Source of the DNA: an uncultured Nitrospinota bacterium
GTDB lineage: Bacteria; Tectomicrobia; Entotheonellia; J063; CAVPRW01
Direction of reading: 5' to 3'
Assembly: GCA_963707985.1 (NCBI GenBank)
Contig: CAVPRW010000006.1
Location: forward strand, 1 to 64,000
Length of the DNA stretch: 64,000 nt
A program made the position numbers and the translations under genes. The notes below the pieces were generated by a model that was given only the letters and a program-made list of their open reading frames with translations, searched no databases and was not told the DNA's origin. Below, piece after piece: positions 1 to 9,864 of this stretch. Every line of letters starts with the position of its first letter. The first letter of the stretch is position 1.

Positions 1-10
1 CCAATCCGAT

Positions 11-262
11 CTATTTGGCAGCCAAGGAGATTTGCGGAACGGCGTCAGCCGTCGCCCCGATGTCGTAGCCGAAATCGCTGGGACTCAAGCGAATACGGAT
101 ACCTGCCAGTGCGTTGGTCGGGCCAGGCTGCGAGTGTTCGGAGTTCTGGATCAGGCTGATTTCCTGAAGCTCCACCGAGGTCTCCGGATGACTTGCGAGC
201 GTCCATCCCACGGTTGCCGCCACGGCGAAAATCGAAAAAGCTGCTATAACATATCGTTTCAT
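11..262 (-). CDS. small exported hypothetical protein (83 aa)
   Basis: ATG at 262 preceded by AGGGAGGG RBS; N-terminus MKRYVIAAFSIFAVAATVGWTLA looks like a signal peptide or membrane anchor. Confidence 0.5.
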   Translation of the reverse strand: MKRYVIAAFSIFAVAATVGWTLASHPETSVELQEISLIQNSEHSQPGPTNALAGIRIRLSPSDFGYDIGATADAVPQISLAAK

Positions 263-597
263 AGGTCCCTCCCTTATGATTCTGCGATCTCTTGCACTTG
301 CAAGAGTATAGGAAATGAGTATAAGAAATTCAAACGGCCTTTTCCACCGCCCGCGGCGCCCTGCCCCCTGCCCGGCCGCGCGCCGCCCCCACCGCGCGCC
401 GCGGCTGGGAGTATAGCCTGGACGCGAGGAGCACTGCTGGAAGGGGGCAAGTCCAGCCTGGACGCGATGAGTATTGCTGTCCGCGATACCGCAGACACCT
501 GGGTCGTCTCGAGCTTGGCGTGTCCACAAACCTTCTGTGTGCTGGCGGCTTCGTGACGCGCCGTCGCAGGATCGCACCTCCACGCACGCCAGCCCTC

Positions 598-2037
598 TCA
601 ACAGGGTGCTGTTGGAGCACGCCATCCGGAAGCATCTGCCTTGCTCCACTGCTGCGGGGACGTCACATACGCGAAGCGCAGCGCCATGGCGACGGCTGCC
701 ACCGCCAGGCTGCAGGCCAGGCCCAGCCAGATACCCACCCCGTGCCAATGCAGGCCGAAACCGAGGACAAGCGCCAGCGGAAATCCGACCAGCCAATAGG
801 CCCCGCTTGCCAGCAGCATCGGCAGGCGCACATCTTTGAGACCGCGCAGCGCGTTGGCGCCGATGACCTGGATGCCATCGAAGAGCTGAAACGCCGCCGC
901 GACACGCAGGAAGAGTGCCGTTAACGCTCCAGTCTCCGCGGTGTCAGGCGTGGCCGGGAGATAGAGTGCTGCGATCGTGCGCGCGAACAGGGCTATGCCA
1001 AGTGCAAAGATGATCATCACCGCGCCGCCCAAGGCCATCGCCGTGAGTCCGGCACGCCGCACCCTGGTCCTATTATGCGCGCCGGCCGCGAGGCCCACAC
1101 GGATCGTGGCCGCCATGCCGATGCCCAGCGGCACCATGAAGGTGATCGACGGCACGTTGAGCGCGATCTGATGCGCGGCGAGCGGCGCAGTGCCCAGGCG
1201 TCCCATCATCAACGTGGCGGCACTGAACAGCATGACCTCAAACACCATGGCCAGACCAATGGAGAGCCCGAGCCCGAACAGTTCCTTAAGCTGCGCCCAA
1301 TCCGGCCGCAAGAGGTGTCGCCAGAGGCGATAGGATCGGAAGGCGGGCACGGTCAGCACCACCGCCAGCATAGCGAAGAAGCTCAATGCGTTGGCGATGG
1401 CGCTGGCGATACCCGAGCCGACCAAGCCCAGCGCCGGCGCGCCGCCATGGCCAAAGACCAACACATAGTTGCCGAGCAGATTGACCGCGATCATGGCGAG
1501 CACGATATACAGGGGCACATGCGGACGGCTCAACGCCGTGACAAAGCTGCGCAACACCATGAAGCCAAACTCGAAGGGCAACCCGCAAGCCAGCGCATGC
1601 ACATAGGGCGCGGCGAGCGCTGCCAAGGCTGGCGACTGGCCTGTGAACCGCAGGAGCGGTTCGGCCACCGCAAAGAACAGCGCGAGCGGCGGGACCAGCA
1701 TGGCCACCGCCCACAGCCCCATGCGTACACAAGCGCGCGCCTGCACTTTGTCCCAGGGGCGCACGCCCACCATCTGCGCGACGACGGGGGCCACGGCGGC
1801 GGCTGGCCCATGGCCCACCAGCCAGCCGAACACCCAGAGCGTCGCCCCTAGCGCGGCCGCGGCCAACGGAGTTTCCCCCAGCCGTCCGATCATCATGAGA
1901 TCGGTCGTAACCATGGCCATTTGTGCCAGCTGCGTCGCCGCCAGCGGCACCGCCAGCGTGCCCAAGGCACGCAGCTCTGTGAGCCACGGCGCCAGGCGTG
2001 GCATGGTAGGTGTGTGCACGGCAACCGGTTCGGTCAT
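598..2037 (-). CDS. MATE family multidrug efflux transporter (NorM-like)
   Basis: 479 aa, many TM segments; MATE motifs D-x-x-MIGRLG, LAAHQIA, FQLFDGIQV..ALRGLKD. Confidence 0.92.
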   Translation of the reverse strand: MTEPVAVHTPTMPRLAPWLTELRALGTLAVPLAATQLAQMAMVTTDLMMIGRLGETPLAAAALGATLWVFGWLVGHGPAAAVAPVVAQMVGVRPWDKVQARACVRMGLWAVAMLVPPLALFFAVAEPLLRFTGQSPALAALAAPYVHALACGLPFEFGFMVLRSFVTALSRPHVPLYIVLAMIAVNLLGNYVLVFGHGGAPALGLVGSGIASAIANALSFFAMLAVVLTVPAFRSYRLWRHLLRPDWAQLKELFGLGLSIGLAMVFEVMLFSAATLMMGRLGTAPLAAHQIALNVPSITFMVPLGIGMAATIRVGLAAGAHNRTRVRRAGLTAMALGGAVMIIFALGIALFARTIAALYLPATPDTAETGALTALFLRVAAAFQLFDGIQVIGANALRGLKDVRLPMLLASGAYWLVGFPLALVLGFGLHWHGVGIWLGLACSLAVAAVAMALRFAYVTSPQQWSKADASGWRAPTAPC

Positions 2038-2410
2038 GACGGGCTACTCGGATGGACGTGTCCGATCAGCGCGGCGGGAGGAGAAGCGGGGACACTCCCC
2101 CGCCAGAGCGTGTGCCGGGCGTGGGAGGAGGTGAAGAGGCTCCGAGCTGTGCGGATGTTCATCCACGATCCCGCGCGAAGGCGCACACGTATAGCAGGGC
2201 CCGCCGCCACGGCCGACGTGATGGGGAAGCACTGGCTCATCAAAGGCTCGCTGGGGAGGTGTGGGTACCCACGCCTGCGTTGTGCATGTGGTGACGCTCC
2301 CCGCCAAATGTCCGGTGTGAGGTGACAGACGCCTGTATGGCGCACGCCACCGTCAAAACGTGTCACATTATACATCATGTCTGCTCTCTCCGCGACAGCG
2401 GAGGCGTTTG

Positions 2411-2520
2411 GGTTCTGGCGCAAAGTTCGATTTTTGGGGCAAAATCCAAGAATCGGATATCAGAAATGCAACGACTTACGGACAGCCAAACTTTCGAAGA
2501 AGCAACTTTGCGACAGAATC
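2411..2520. mobile_element. 110-bp MITE with IS6-family-like terminal inverted repeats
   Basis: GGTTCTGGCGCAAAGTT (2411-2427) and AACTTTGCGACAGAATC (2504-2520) form an IR at 15/17; resembles IS26/IS6100-type ends; no clear target duplication. Confidence 0.55.
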
Positions 2521-2765
2521 GCGGTGTGTGCCCTTGCATACCCGCTTGAGGTAAATCGGGGTAAAATGGCCCGCTGGCATACACGAAAATGCCGTGCGAA
2601 AAGCGCGGGGCCTCCTCTGGATTTACCCAGATCCTCTGCATAGTCAGTACATGGCTTCCATACACGATAAACTGCGACACTCAGTGAAACCTGGCTGCAA
2701 CACTCTAGGGAATGCTGTTTCAGCATTGTCAGTCGCGCCCGAACCCACGCGGGTTTTGTCAACTT

Positions 2766-3107
2766 GGGGTTGTTTGCAGGACCCCCGAAAAGGTATATTC
2801 CAGCAAGACGCTTCCAAAATGGCGCTGAGAACCACGCCGTAAGTATCTGATGTTTCAGCACGTATGCGATTATTGGAGAATCGGATATTGAAACACGGCA
2901 TGAGACACGAGAGGCTACCGGTCTCAGAAGGTACTTGCTGAACCTACCAGTGAGCGATTATGATAGGCGTGTCCATGAAGAACGAAAGCCTTGAATTTTC
3001 AAGGCATGGCAATCAATTGGGTGTTGCCCAATACAGAGTGCTCCGGTGGGCACTCCAATCGCCTATCCCCTGGAATGTACCTTTTCGGGGGTCCTGCAAA
3101 CAACCCC
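2766..3107. mobile_element. 342-bp non-autonomous Tn3-family-like element (MITE)
   Basis: 38-bp terminal IRs starting GGGG with internal GAAAA (2766-2803, 3070-3107; 37/38 match); flanking 5-mers AACTT/AGCTT (4/5). Confidence 0.8.
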
Positions 3108-3155
3108 AGCTTGGCTTTTCATCAAGGGAAGCGAAGCTGAAAGAGAGAAAGTCTG

Positions 3156-3591
3156 TTAGGATAACGTCTGGGGTGTTTCGAGCCAATTCTCCAGAGGCAG
3201 CTCCGGGATCCGCTCAAAATGGCCGGTATTATTCGTCACCACTGTTAGTCCATGGCGCAGAGCCACGCCAGCGATGAATAAGTCGATGTCCCCGATCAGT
3301 CTGCCCTCGCGGCGCAACATGGCCTTGAGTCGACCGAACTGCTCTGCAGCGGGCTCATCAATGCGCAGCACCTGTGGTCCAGGAGGGGAGAGAAACGCAC
3401 GCACTCGTATGACATTGGCCTCCACGCGTCCAGAATGATACGCGCCAAAATAGAGCTCCCCCACTGTTGGGATGGCAACGGCCAGGGCTGCGATCCCCAC
3501 CTGCGCCACCGCGTGCCTTGACACGCGGATGACCGTTGAGGAGATAGATGCACATATCCGTATCCAAGAGATAGTGCCGCGTGTCGTTCAC
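3156..3591 (-). CDS. vapC: VapC-type PIN domain toxin, one frameshift near 3510
   Basis: YLLDTDMCIYLL (N-terminal frame) joins TVGELYFGA...IGDIDLFIAGVAL..GLTVVTNNTGHFERIPEL; GTG start overlaps the antitoxin stop. Confidence 0.85.
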
Positions 3592-3830
3592 GCGGTCTCC
3601 TGGGGAAGAAGGCTTGTGCCGCGCGGGGAGACCGTCCGAGTCGCATAGATCTCCGCGATGATCTCCTCGGGACTCCGTGTATCCTCCCATCCCCCACATT
3701 TGGCCAGAAAGACCTGGGTGGGATCGTCGACGGGTCTCTCAATCCAGCCTTCGGCGAGCGCGGTACGCAAGGCGACCAGCTCATTCGTCACGGCATCTAA
3801 CCGTCGCAGCGCCTCTTCTCGGGTCATCAT
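3588..3830 (-). CDS. putative antitoxin upstream of vapC
   Basis: 80 aa with G-x-W-E-D..EEIIAEIY motif; 4-bp overlap with the toxin start. Confidence 0.7.
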   Translation of the reverse strand: MMTREEALRRLDAVTNELVALRTALAEGWIERPVDDPTQVFLAKCGGWEDTRSPEEIIAEIYATRTVSPRGTSLLPQETA

Positions 3831-3856
3831 GGCTGTCCCCCTCTGTGGTCACGTAT

Positions 3857-4375
3857 TCATGCGGCCTCACGGTGGTAGTACTTGAGCAGCCCTCCGAGCC
3901 GTTCCTCACACTGGATCGGGCCGTCACCTCCTCTGTTTTGGCTTGGTACAGGAAAGAGCAGGACATTGCCCTTGCCCTGGTGTGGGCGTTCTGCATGATA
4001 GTGGGCCACATACTCTGTGAGCGCATGCTGCAGGGAGCGTTCCCCAAACACGATCAGCCGCGACAAGGCTTCGTCCTTGACGGAGCGTACCCATCGTTCC
4101 GCGTAGGCGTTCCGATTGGGGCTCCGCGCCGGCAACGGGACCCGCGTCACTCCCGCCGCCTCGATGGTCTGCTGAAATGCGGCGCAGTATTTTCTATCCC
4201 AGTCGTGGATCAGGTACTGCCCAGGGGTAAGGAAGCCCCAATCCACCATGGTGACGTTCCGCGCCATCTGCACCATCCAGCACTGATCGGGGTGCGGAGT
4301 CATCCCCGCCACATGGATCCTACGGCTGGCGAGATGAATAAAGAACAGCACGCAATAGGTCACCAGGCCACAGGG
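3857..4375 (-). pseudogene. integrase-core (rve) transposase, C-terminal fragment
   Basis: YLIHDWDRKY, PARSPNRNAYAERWVRSVKDE, ERLGGLLKYYHREAA; N-terminus absent. Confidence 0.85.
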
Positions 4376-4546
4376 TATCCGGTGGCCTGGTGTGCGAGTG
4401 AGTATGGGGCATCACGAGAGGGAAATCAAGGCCAGGAGCAGACGGTGGTGAGTCTATAAACGCTGGGAAAGACATGCATCTGGGTTTTTTGACTCTACGG
4501 GTTTCGAGACAGAATAGGAGCCTCAATGGCCTATTATTCTTCCCAC

Positions 4547-5191
4547 TTACCCCTCTACAAAAAGGTGATGAATTCGGAACAGTGCTGTCTCATCATCCCG
4601 GTGGTGGTGCGTTTCCTTGGCCGAGGGATCGTCGGGCCGAATACTCGATGGAACAAACCCACCGGGGAGGTCCATTCCCAATTCTCCTGCATGTGTTCGG
4701 ATGTTCACCTCGACGTTTTTGACCGCGCGGGCGACCTTGCCGTCGAGGACATACCCCAGCATTCCTCCGTGGCGGACGAACCTGGAATATTTCCTGTCCA
4801 CGAACCGTTGCATACCTTCCCTTACATATTCGCCAGCAAGGGATCTCCACTTGCCGGACACGAGAGCATTTAGCCGCTTCGCTTCTAGACAAAAGTAGAC
4901 CCCTTCTTCCTGTTCCGGTATAGATGGGAAGAAGAGGATGTCCTTCCGACCGATCACAGCGACCAGGTCCGTATCGACCTCTACGCTCTCGTATTGAATT
5001 AGAAACGCATGCCGCTGGCGGTCCTTGCTATTCAGGAGTGCGGAGTACAACTTCAGCGAAATCTCATTCTCCAAATCCGTCTGCGCCGGCTTCTTCATTT
5101 GATCCCAAGTATTGATAACGTGGGCGAGGATGGCAGGGATCAGTCTTTGCTTGAAGAAGTCGTCCCAGAATACGGGATCACCAGCAATCAT
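4547..5191 (-). CDS. hypothetical protein, putative PD-(D/E)xK nuclease fold
   Basis: 214 aa; GRKDILF...FCLEAKRL fits D..ExK; ATGA overlap with the upstream methyltransferase. Confidence 0.6.
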   Translation of the reverse strand: MIAGDPVFWDDFFKQRLIPAILAHVINTWDQMKKPAQTDLENEISLKLYSALLNSKDRQRHAFLIQYESVEVDTDLVAVIGRKDILFFPSIPEQEEGVYFCLEAKRLNALVSGKWRSLAGEYVREGMQRFVDRKYSRFVRHGGMLGYVLDGKVARAVKNVEVNIRTHAGELGMDLPGGFVPSSIRPDDPSAKETHHHRDDETALFRIHHLFVEG

Positions 5192-8100
5192 GCTCCCTCC
5201 CAGGCCGACCGCGTAAGAATAGTGCCTGCGATCTCATCCGCGTCGTTCAGTGCAGCAGTGTTTGTCCAGAACCGCTGCCCGAGGGGCTTTGTGATATAGA
5301 GTAGGTTCTCGTCGAACACTTTCATGCCGCGGACCAGTTGGAGAGTGCCATAACCCTTAGCCGCTGTCTGCTGTAGGCGTGTAATGACCGACAGTACGTC
5401 TTCTATCGGCGCAGCCGGGGACGCTGGGAGCTGCCCTCGCCGTGTCTTCTCCAATACGACCAAGCCGACTCCAATTCCAACATTCGCTGTAGTCTTCCCG
5501 TGAACTTGATACTCGCTGTTCGCCCAGCCATTCAGCGTCTCACATAGCAGCCCGGTATAAACAGCCCGGCGTTCCTCGTTTGTCGGCTTAGTGGTCGGCA
5601 TGTCCCAGCGCGCCCTGGTCGGCCGAACGCTGGGAATGATGATGGTATCGGTGTCGGCGATCAGCATCCGTTCGATGCCGTCAACATCAAAGTACTCCTC
5701 GACCAACTTTTCGGTGTCCCTAACGGCTTGAGCGACGATTTCATCCCGGCCGATAACCGCCTTCTTCGCCTGACTAGCAGCCTCCGTCACAACTTCAGCA
5801 ACTTCTCTCACGATTTTGCGGCATTCTTTGGGGTCATGGCCCTGCTCGGGTAGGGGGAACGGCAGGCGAAGCAGTTCATCGACGTGAACCTCTGCTCGGC
5901 TTACACCCCAATTCGAGGAAGTATGAAAGAGGAAGAACCGGGCCAGTGCCGTCTGGAGATAGGCCGCGAGGAACAAGAGCAGGTCCCGATCTTCATGAGG
6001 ACCGCGGATGCCGCGCATGGCGTGCCGGAAGGCAACATCGAAGTCAGCGAACGCTGACCGTCTTAAACCCTTGGTGACCAAGACATGAGGGCCGCGATAA
6101 ATGTCAATGTTCGTATTTGACCGCTTGCGAACCATCACCTCGCGGGAGGTGAGCTGGTCGCAATCATCCTCTAGGAGGAGACAGCTGCAAGAAGGACGAA
6201 GAAGCTTCGATAATTGTTCTCGTAGGCAAGACGAGGCGCTTTATTTGAGTGGCCGAGCCATCCCGTCGTTCTTCAAAACCCTGGCTAATAATCCATCGCT
6301 TATCACTCTTTCTTGAGGGACTTCCGACAAGATCGCGGAGTCTTGGCAGTAAGGAAAGCCGATCGAGCAAGACGCCGATCACGAGGAGTGGCCCAGAACC
6401 GTTCCTTCCAAATAAGGGGAACATCCTCACCCTTCAGGGCGTCGAGCACTTCCCGGATAGCTATTCGTGAGCGGTCATAAGGTAGGACGCGAATAATTTC
6501 AGCCTGAGTAACGGCCCAGTCTGTTTTGGGTGCCCAGTAATCAATGCGATGCCGGCTGTCGGTTGGCCGCTCCTTCCGGTAGCGGACAATCAACGCGGGG
6601 GCTTCCGATTCCTCAAAGAGGAACCGCTGATAATCGGTCAGATTCAGGACTAGTTCGACGGCGTGTTGCCGGAACCACTCTCGCTGGAAATTGATTGCCG
6701 CCCGGCTGTGGTTGAATAGCATACCGTGGGGGAGAACGAAGCAAATTTTCCCATCTTCTTTCACGTGCTCCGTAGCTTTCCACACGAACGCGGTTGCGAT
6801 CTGGTGATCTGGAAACGCTTTGTTCCGCTCGGCGCACCATATCGCGGCTGGTGCATTCCGATCACTCACACTCGCCCAAGGCGGATTTCCGACCACGAAG
6901 TCTACCTTGACTGGCAATTCCGCTTCCACACTGAAGAAATCCGCGCAGCGGATCGTTCCTCCGCGATCTTCTGGCTTTGCTTCGCCTGGGGCATAGATCA
7001 GTCTCGGAAGAACTTTACGCTTGCGTTGGAGTTCCCGGATATCCGGCGGAAGGAGCTGGTCAAGGAAAGCCAAGTAGAGGCTAAAAGCCGTGATTCGGCA
7101 GGCGGTTTCATTCTTATCCACGCCAAAGATATTCTCACGGAGGATTTTCAGCAGTCCACTTACCTGCCGAAGGTAAGAAGCGTTGGGATTGCGGCGCCTC
7201 CACTCTTCCGCCATCCGGTTGAACAAGCCAACGAGGAAGATCCCAGACCCGCACGCCGCATCTAAGAACCGTTTCTCGAGCAGGGACGGTATCCCATCCA
7301 GAGTCACGTCGAGGACAAGTTCGGCCAGGAATCTTGGAGTGTAGAACGCGCCTGCGGCCTTCTTCTCCTCTTCACCAGCAGCCTTAAGAAAGTGCTCGTA
7401 AATAGCGCTGATAGTCTCGATGGGGATGATACTAAAGTCATACGGCCAGAATGACTGCTGACCGGATTGCATGTCTGTGCCATGCAAGAACCGATCAAGT
7501 ATATCTACGTGCTCGACTTTGACCTGCCAGGCCTCAGCACTGAGCACATCGCTGAACAGATCACCGTTGAAGTCACGGCCCAGCTGCTCGAAAAGCGTAT
7601 ACAGTTCATCCTTGGCAATCGTCCGTGGCGTCCGGCTGAGTATATCCCTCAGGTGGTCCGCGTTCCGGATGCCTATAGATTCAAGGTAGCCGCGATCGAT
7701 TACTTGTCGGTCAAACAAATAACAGGTGAACACGAGCCGACAAAGGAGGGCATCGAGGGTATAGGGTGAGATCCGCGCTGCGGGTACTTGCGCCAGTTTC
7801 TCGCGCGCGGCCCGGAGATTGCGAAGCAGAGTCCGATCTACCCGCTGACGAGGGTCGAACGAGCGGCGGTGGGTATGGAAGTATTCGCCAGATTCAACGG
7901 ATAGGATGAAGGCCTGCAGCCGGTCGCCAACCCGGTTCAGTCTCTCCACTAGGCTATGATTCTGAGCCCTAATGCTTCCGACATCCGCCGGTAGAATAAG
8001 GCCTGAATATACATGAACCTGATCATCAGTGATCAGAACCAGGATGGGTGCAACGCCTTGATTCCAAAACAACCGGTGAAGCCATGCAACCTCTACCGGT

Positions 8101-8318
8101 TCAATTCGCTCAACCTCCCGGAAGTAAATGATCGGCGTCTTCTCCAAGCAGAGGACACCGTCTAGCTGGAGTTCTTTAAAGGCGCGTCGTAGAGCATGCG
8201 GAAGTGGCGCCGCGCTGCCAGCTTCATCAACCTCCTGAGCGCTGGAGAAGAAGGCGGGCGATTTCCTCCCTTCGAGGCCGAATTCTTTACGCCAGTCTCT
8301 TGCTGGGGCTGCAGCCAT
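5188..8318 (-). CDS. large N6-adenine DNA methyltransferase (type IIG/Eco57I-like architecture), frameshifted at about 6140-6370
   Basis: GAFYTP, motif I LDAACGSGIF, motif IV VGNPPW; ORFs 6303-8318, 6164-6430 and 5188-6138 read as one protein of about 1040 aa. Confidence 0.85.
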
Positions 8319-8478
8319 CTGCGGGTACCTTTACACGGGGGGAGCCGTTTCGGGTTCCGAGAGCAGCTCGTATGCCCAATTCTTTAATAGACTTACGGAG
8401 CTAATAAGGTGAACCATACCATATCACATCAAGTTACTTAGCTTCAACGAATTCCGCTGAATGGTATTAATCCAATTG

Positions 8479-9483
8479 CTAACCCGCATACGCCCCCCGC
8501 TGCTTACAAAACCCGATATACGCCGCATCCGGCTTATCCGGGGGCCATCCAGGCTTGCGCGCTGCCCACTCACGCCACTCTGTTTCCAGCGTATAAACAT
8601 CCCATCCCGGCGCGTGCTTTTTGGCCTCTTCGTACGTCTCCGGCCGCAGCCGCACATCAAATAAACTCAGCTGCTTCTCACCTAGCCTCAGCTTTTCGTC
8701 AATCGCCTGCCGTTCCTTGGTCTTGATGACCTCAAACACCACCCATTTAATGGCCCGTCCCTCTTTCTGCATTTTCATTCGGACCTTAAATCCCGACCCC
8801 TCAGGATTTTTATTGATTTGTTCTACCGCCGGTTCGAGGACGTATCGCCGGAAGTCCTGCCACCGGAGCAACTTGCCTTCCGGCACTTTCAGCCAGGAAC
8901 GCAGCTCTTCCACATCCGCCTTCATCGTTGGGACGTCTTTATTCGCGACCGATTCCAGCAGTTCGTAGAGGGTAACGGCGTATTTCCCCGACAATTCGAT
9001 CATGAAACGCGTACGCAGCCGGGCAAGACGCCGCGGGTCTTTCAAAATCGGAATGAGCAGCCCAGGGAATTGAAACCGCAATTTCCCCGCCGCCTTGGCC
9101 GTTCGGCTCACCTCGGCGCTGAACAGCGCCGCGATACCTTCATAACGCGCATCTCCATCGGTTAAGCGCCATTCCACCGTCGTCTTCGCCAACCGCCGCG
9201 CCGATTCCCATATCCATTTCGCGTCATGCTCGCCGCCGAGCTCGCGGAACACATGATTGATATCCCGCACCGACATTTCATGAATGGTGCTTTCCTCCAG
9301 TTCTTCCCATACCGCGTGCAGCAAAAACGTCCAGAGCTTCCGATCGCGCTCCGTGTAGGGGCCTTCCACACTGACGATAATCACCGGCAGCGGGACAGGG
9401 ACGGTCGCCGGGTCATGACGGGACGGCGCCCAGGGGTTTCCGGTCGGCACAGGTATTTTCGCGAGGGCAGCGGATTTTTGCAT
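8479..9483 (-). CDS. plasmid replication initiator protein (Rep_3/RepB family)
   Basis: 334 aa; DRKLWTFLL, LSGKYAVTLYELL, ELRSWLKVPEGK..RWQDFRRYVLEPAVEQIN, KEGRAIKWVVF. Confidence 0.88.
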   Translation of the reverse strand: MQKSAALAKIPVPTGNPWAPSRHDPATVPVPLPVIIVSVEGPYTERDRKLWTFLLHAVWEELEESTIHEMSVRDINHVFRELGGEHDAKWIWESARRLAKTTVEWRLTDGDARYEGIAALFSAEVSRTAKAAGKLRFQFPGLLIPILKDPRRLARLRTRFMIELSGKYAVTLYELLESVANKDVPTMKADVEELRSWLKVPEGKLLRWQDFRRYVLEPAVEQINKNPEGSGFKVRMKMQKEGRAIKWVVFEVIKTKERQAIDEKLRLGEKQLSLFDVRLRPETYEEAKKHAPGWDVYTLETEWREWAARKPGWPPDKPDAAYIGFCKQRGAYAG

Positions 9484-9506
9484 GGCGCAGATACTAAAAC
9501 CCTTAA

Positions 9507-9668
9507 GGTGAGAAGATCAAGTAAGATTTCTCACCCTGGGAAAGCCCGCCGTTTGCCGGATTTCTCACCTTTATGCCTGACTTCCCTCGGTTGTGACCCC
9601 GGTACTCTGTTCTATGAGGCCTTAACCCAACAACTACACCACCAAGGGCAAAGTAGGCGGTGAGATTT
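9507..9668. promoter_or_regulatory. Rep operator / iteron-like repeats
   Basis: GGTGAGAA-N13-TTCTCACC inverted repeat (9507-9535) just upstream of the rep ATG; GATTTCTCACC at 9525 and 9559; GGTGAGATTT at 9659. Confidence 0.55.
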
Positions 9669-9864
9669 CGCAGAACAGCGTGATGATACGAAATTATACC
9701 TGTTTCGCGCCAGTTTCTGTGGCTGAGGCGCGCATCTGGACCATGTTGTTTCGCCTTTCTGCTGTTCTGCGAAATGCATGGGTCAGCAGACATACACTCA
9801 CAAGTCTCTGAAACTCATGGGGTTCAGCCTAGTTTGCCCTTCATGACACGAATGTTGGTATAGG

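Noticed and set aside
2034..2200. Possible leader peptide upstream of the first MATE gene
   Set aside because: No clear RBS or attenuator structure; cannot be supported
2766..3107. 38-bp repeat pair as CRISPR repeats
   Set aside because: Only two copies, inverted, with Tn3-like ends; no spacers or cas genes
5188..8318. BREX PglX or DISARM methyltransferase
   Set aside because: No brxC/pglZ or drm genes nearby
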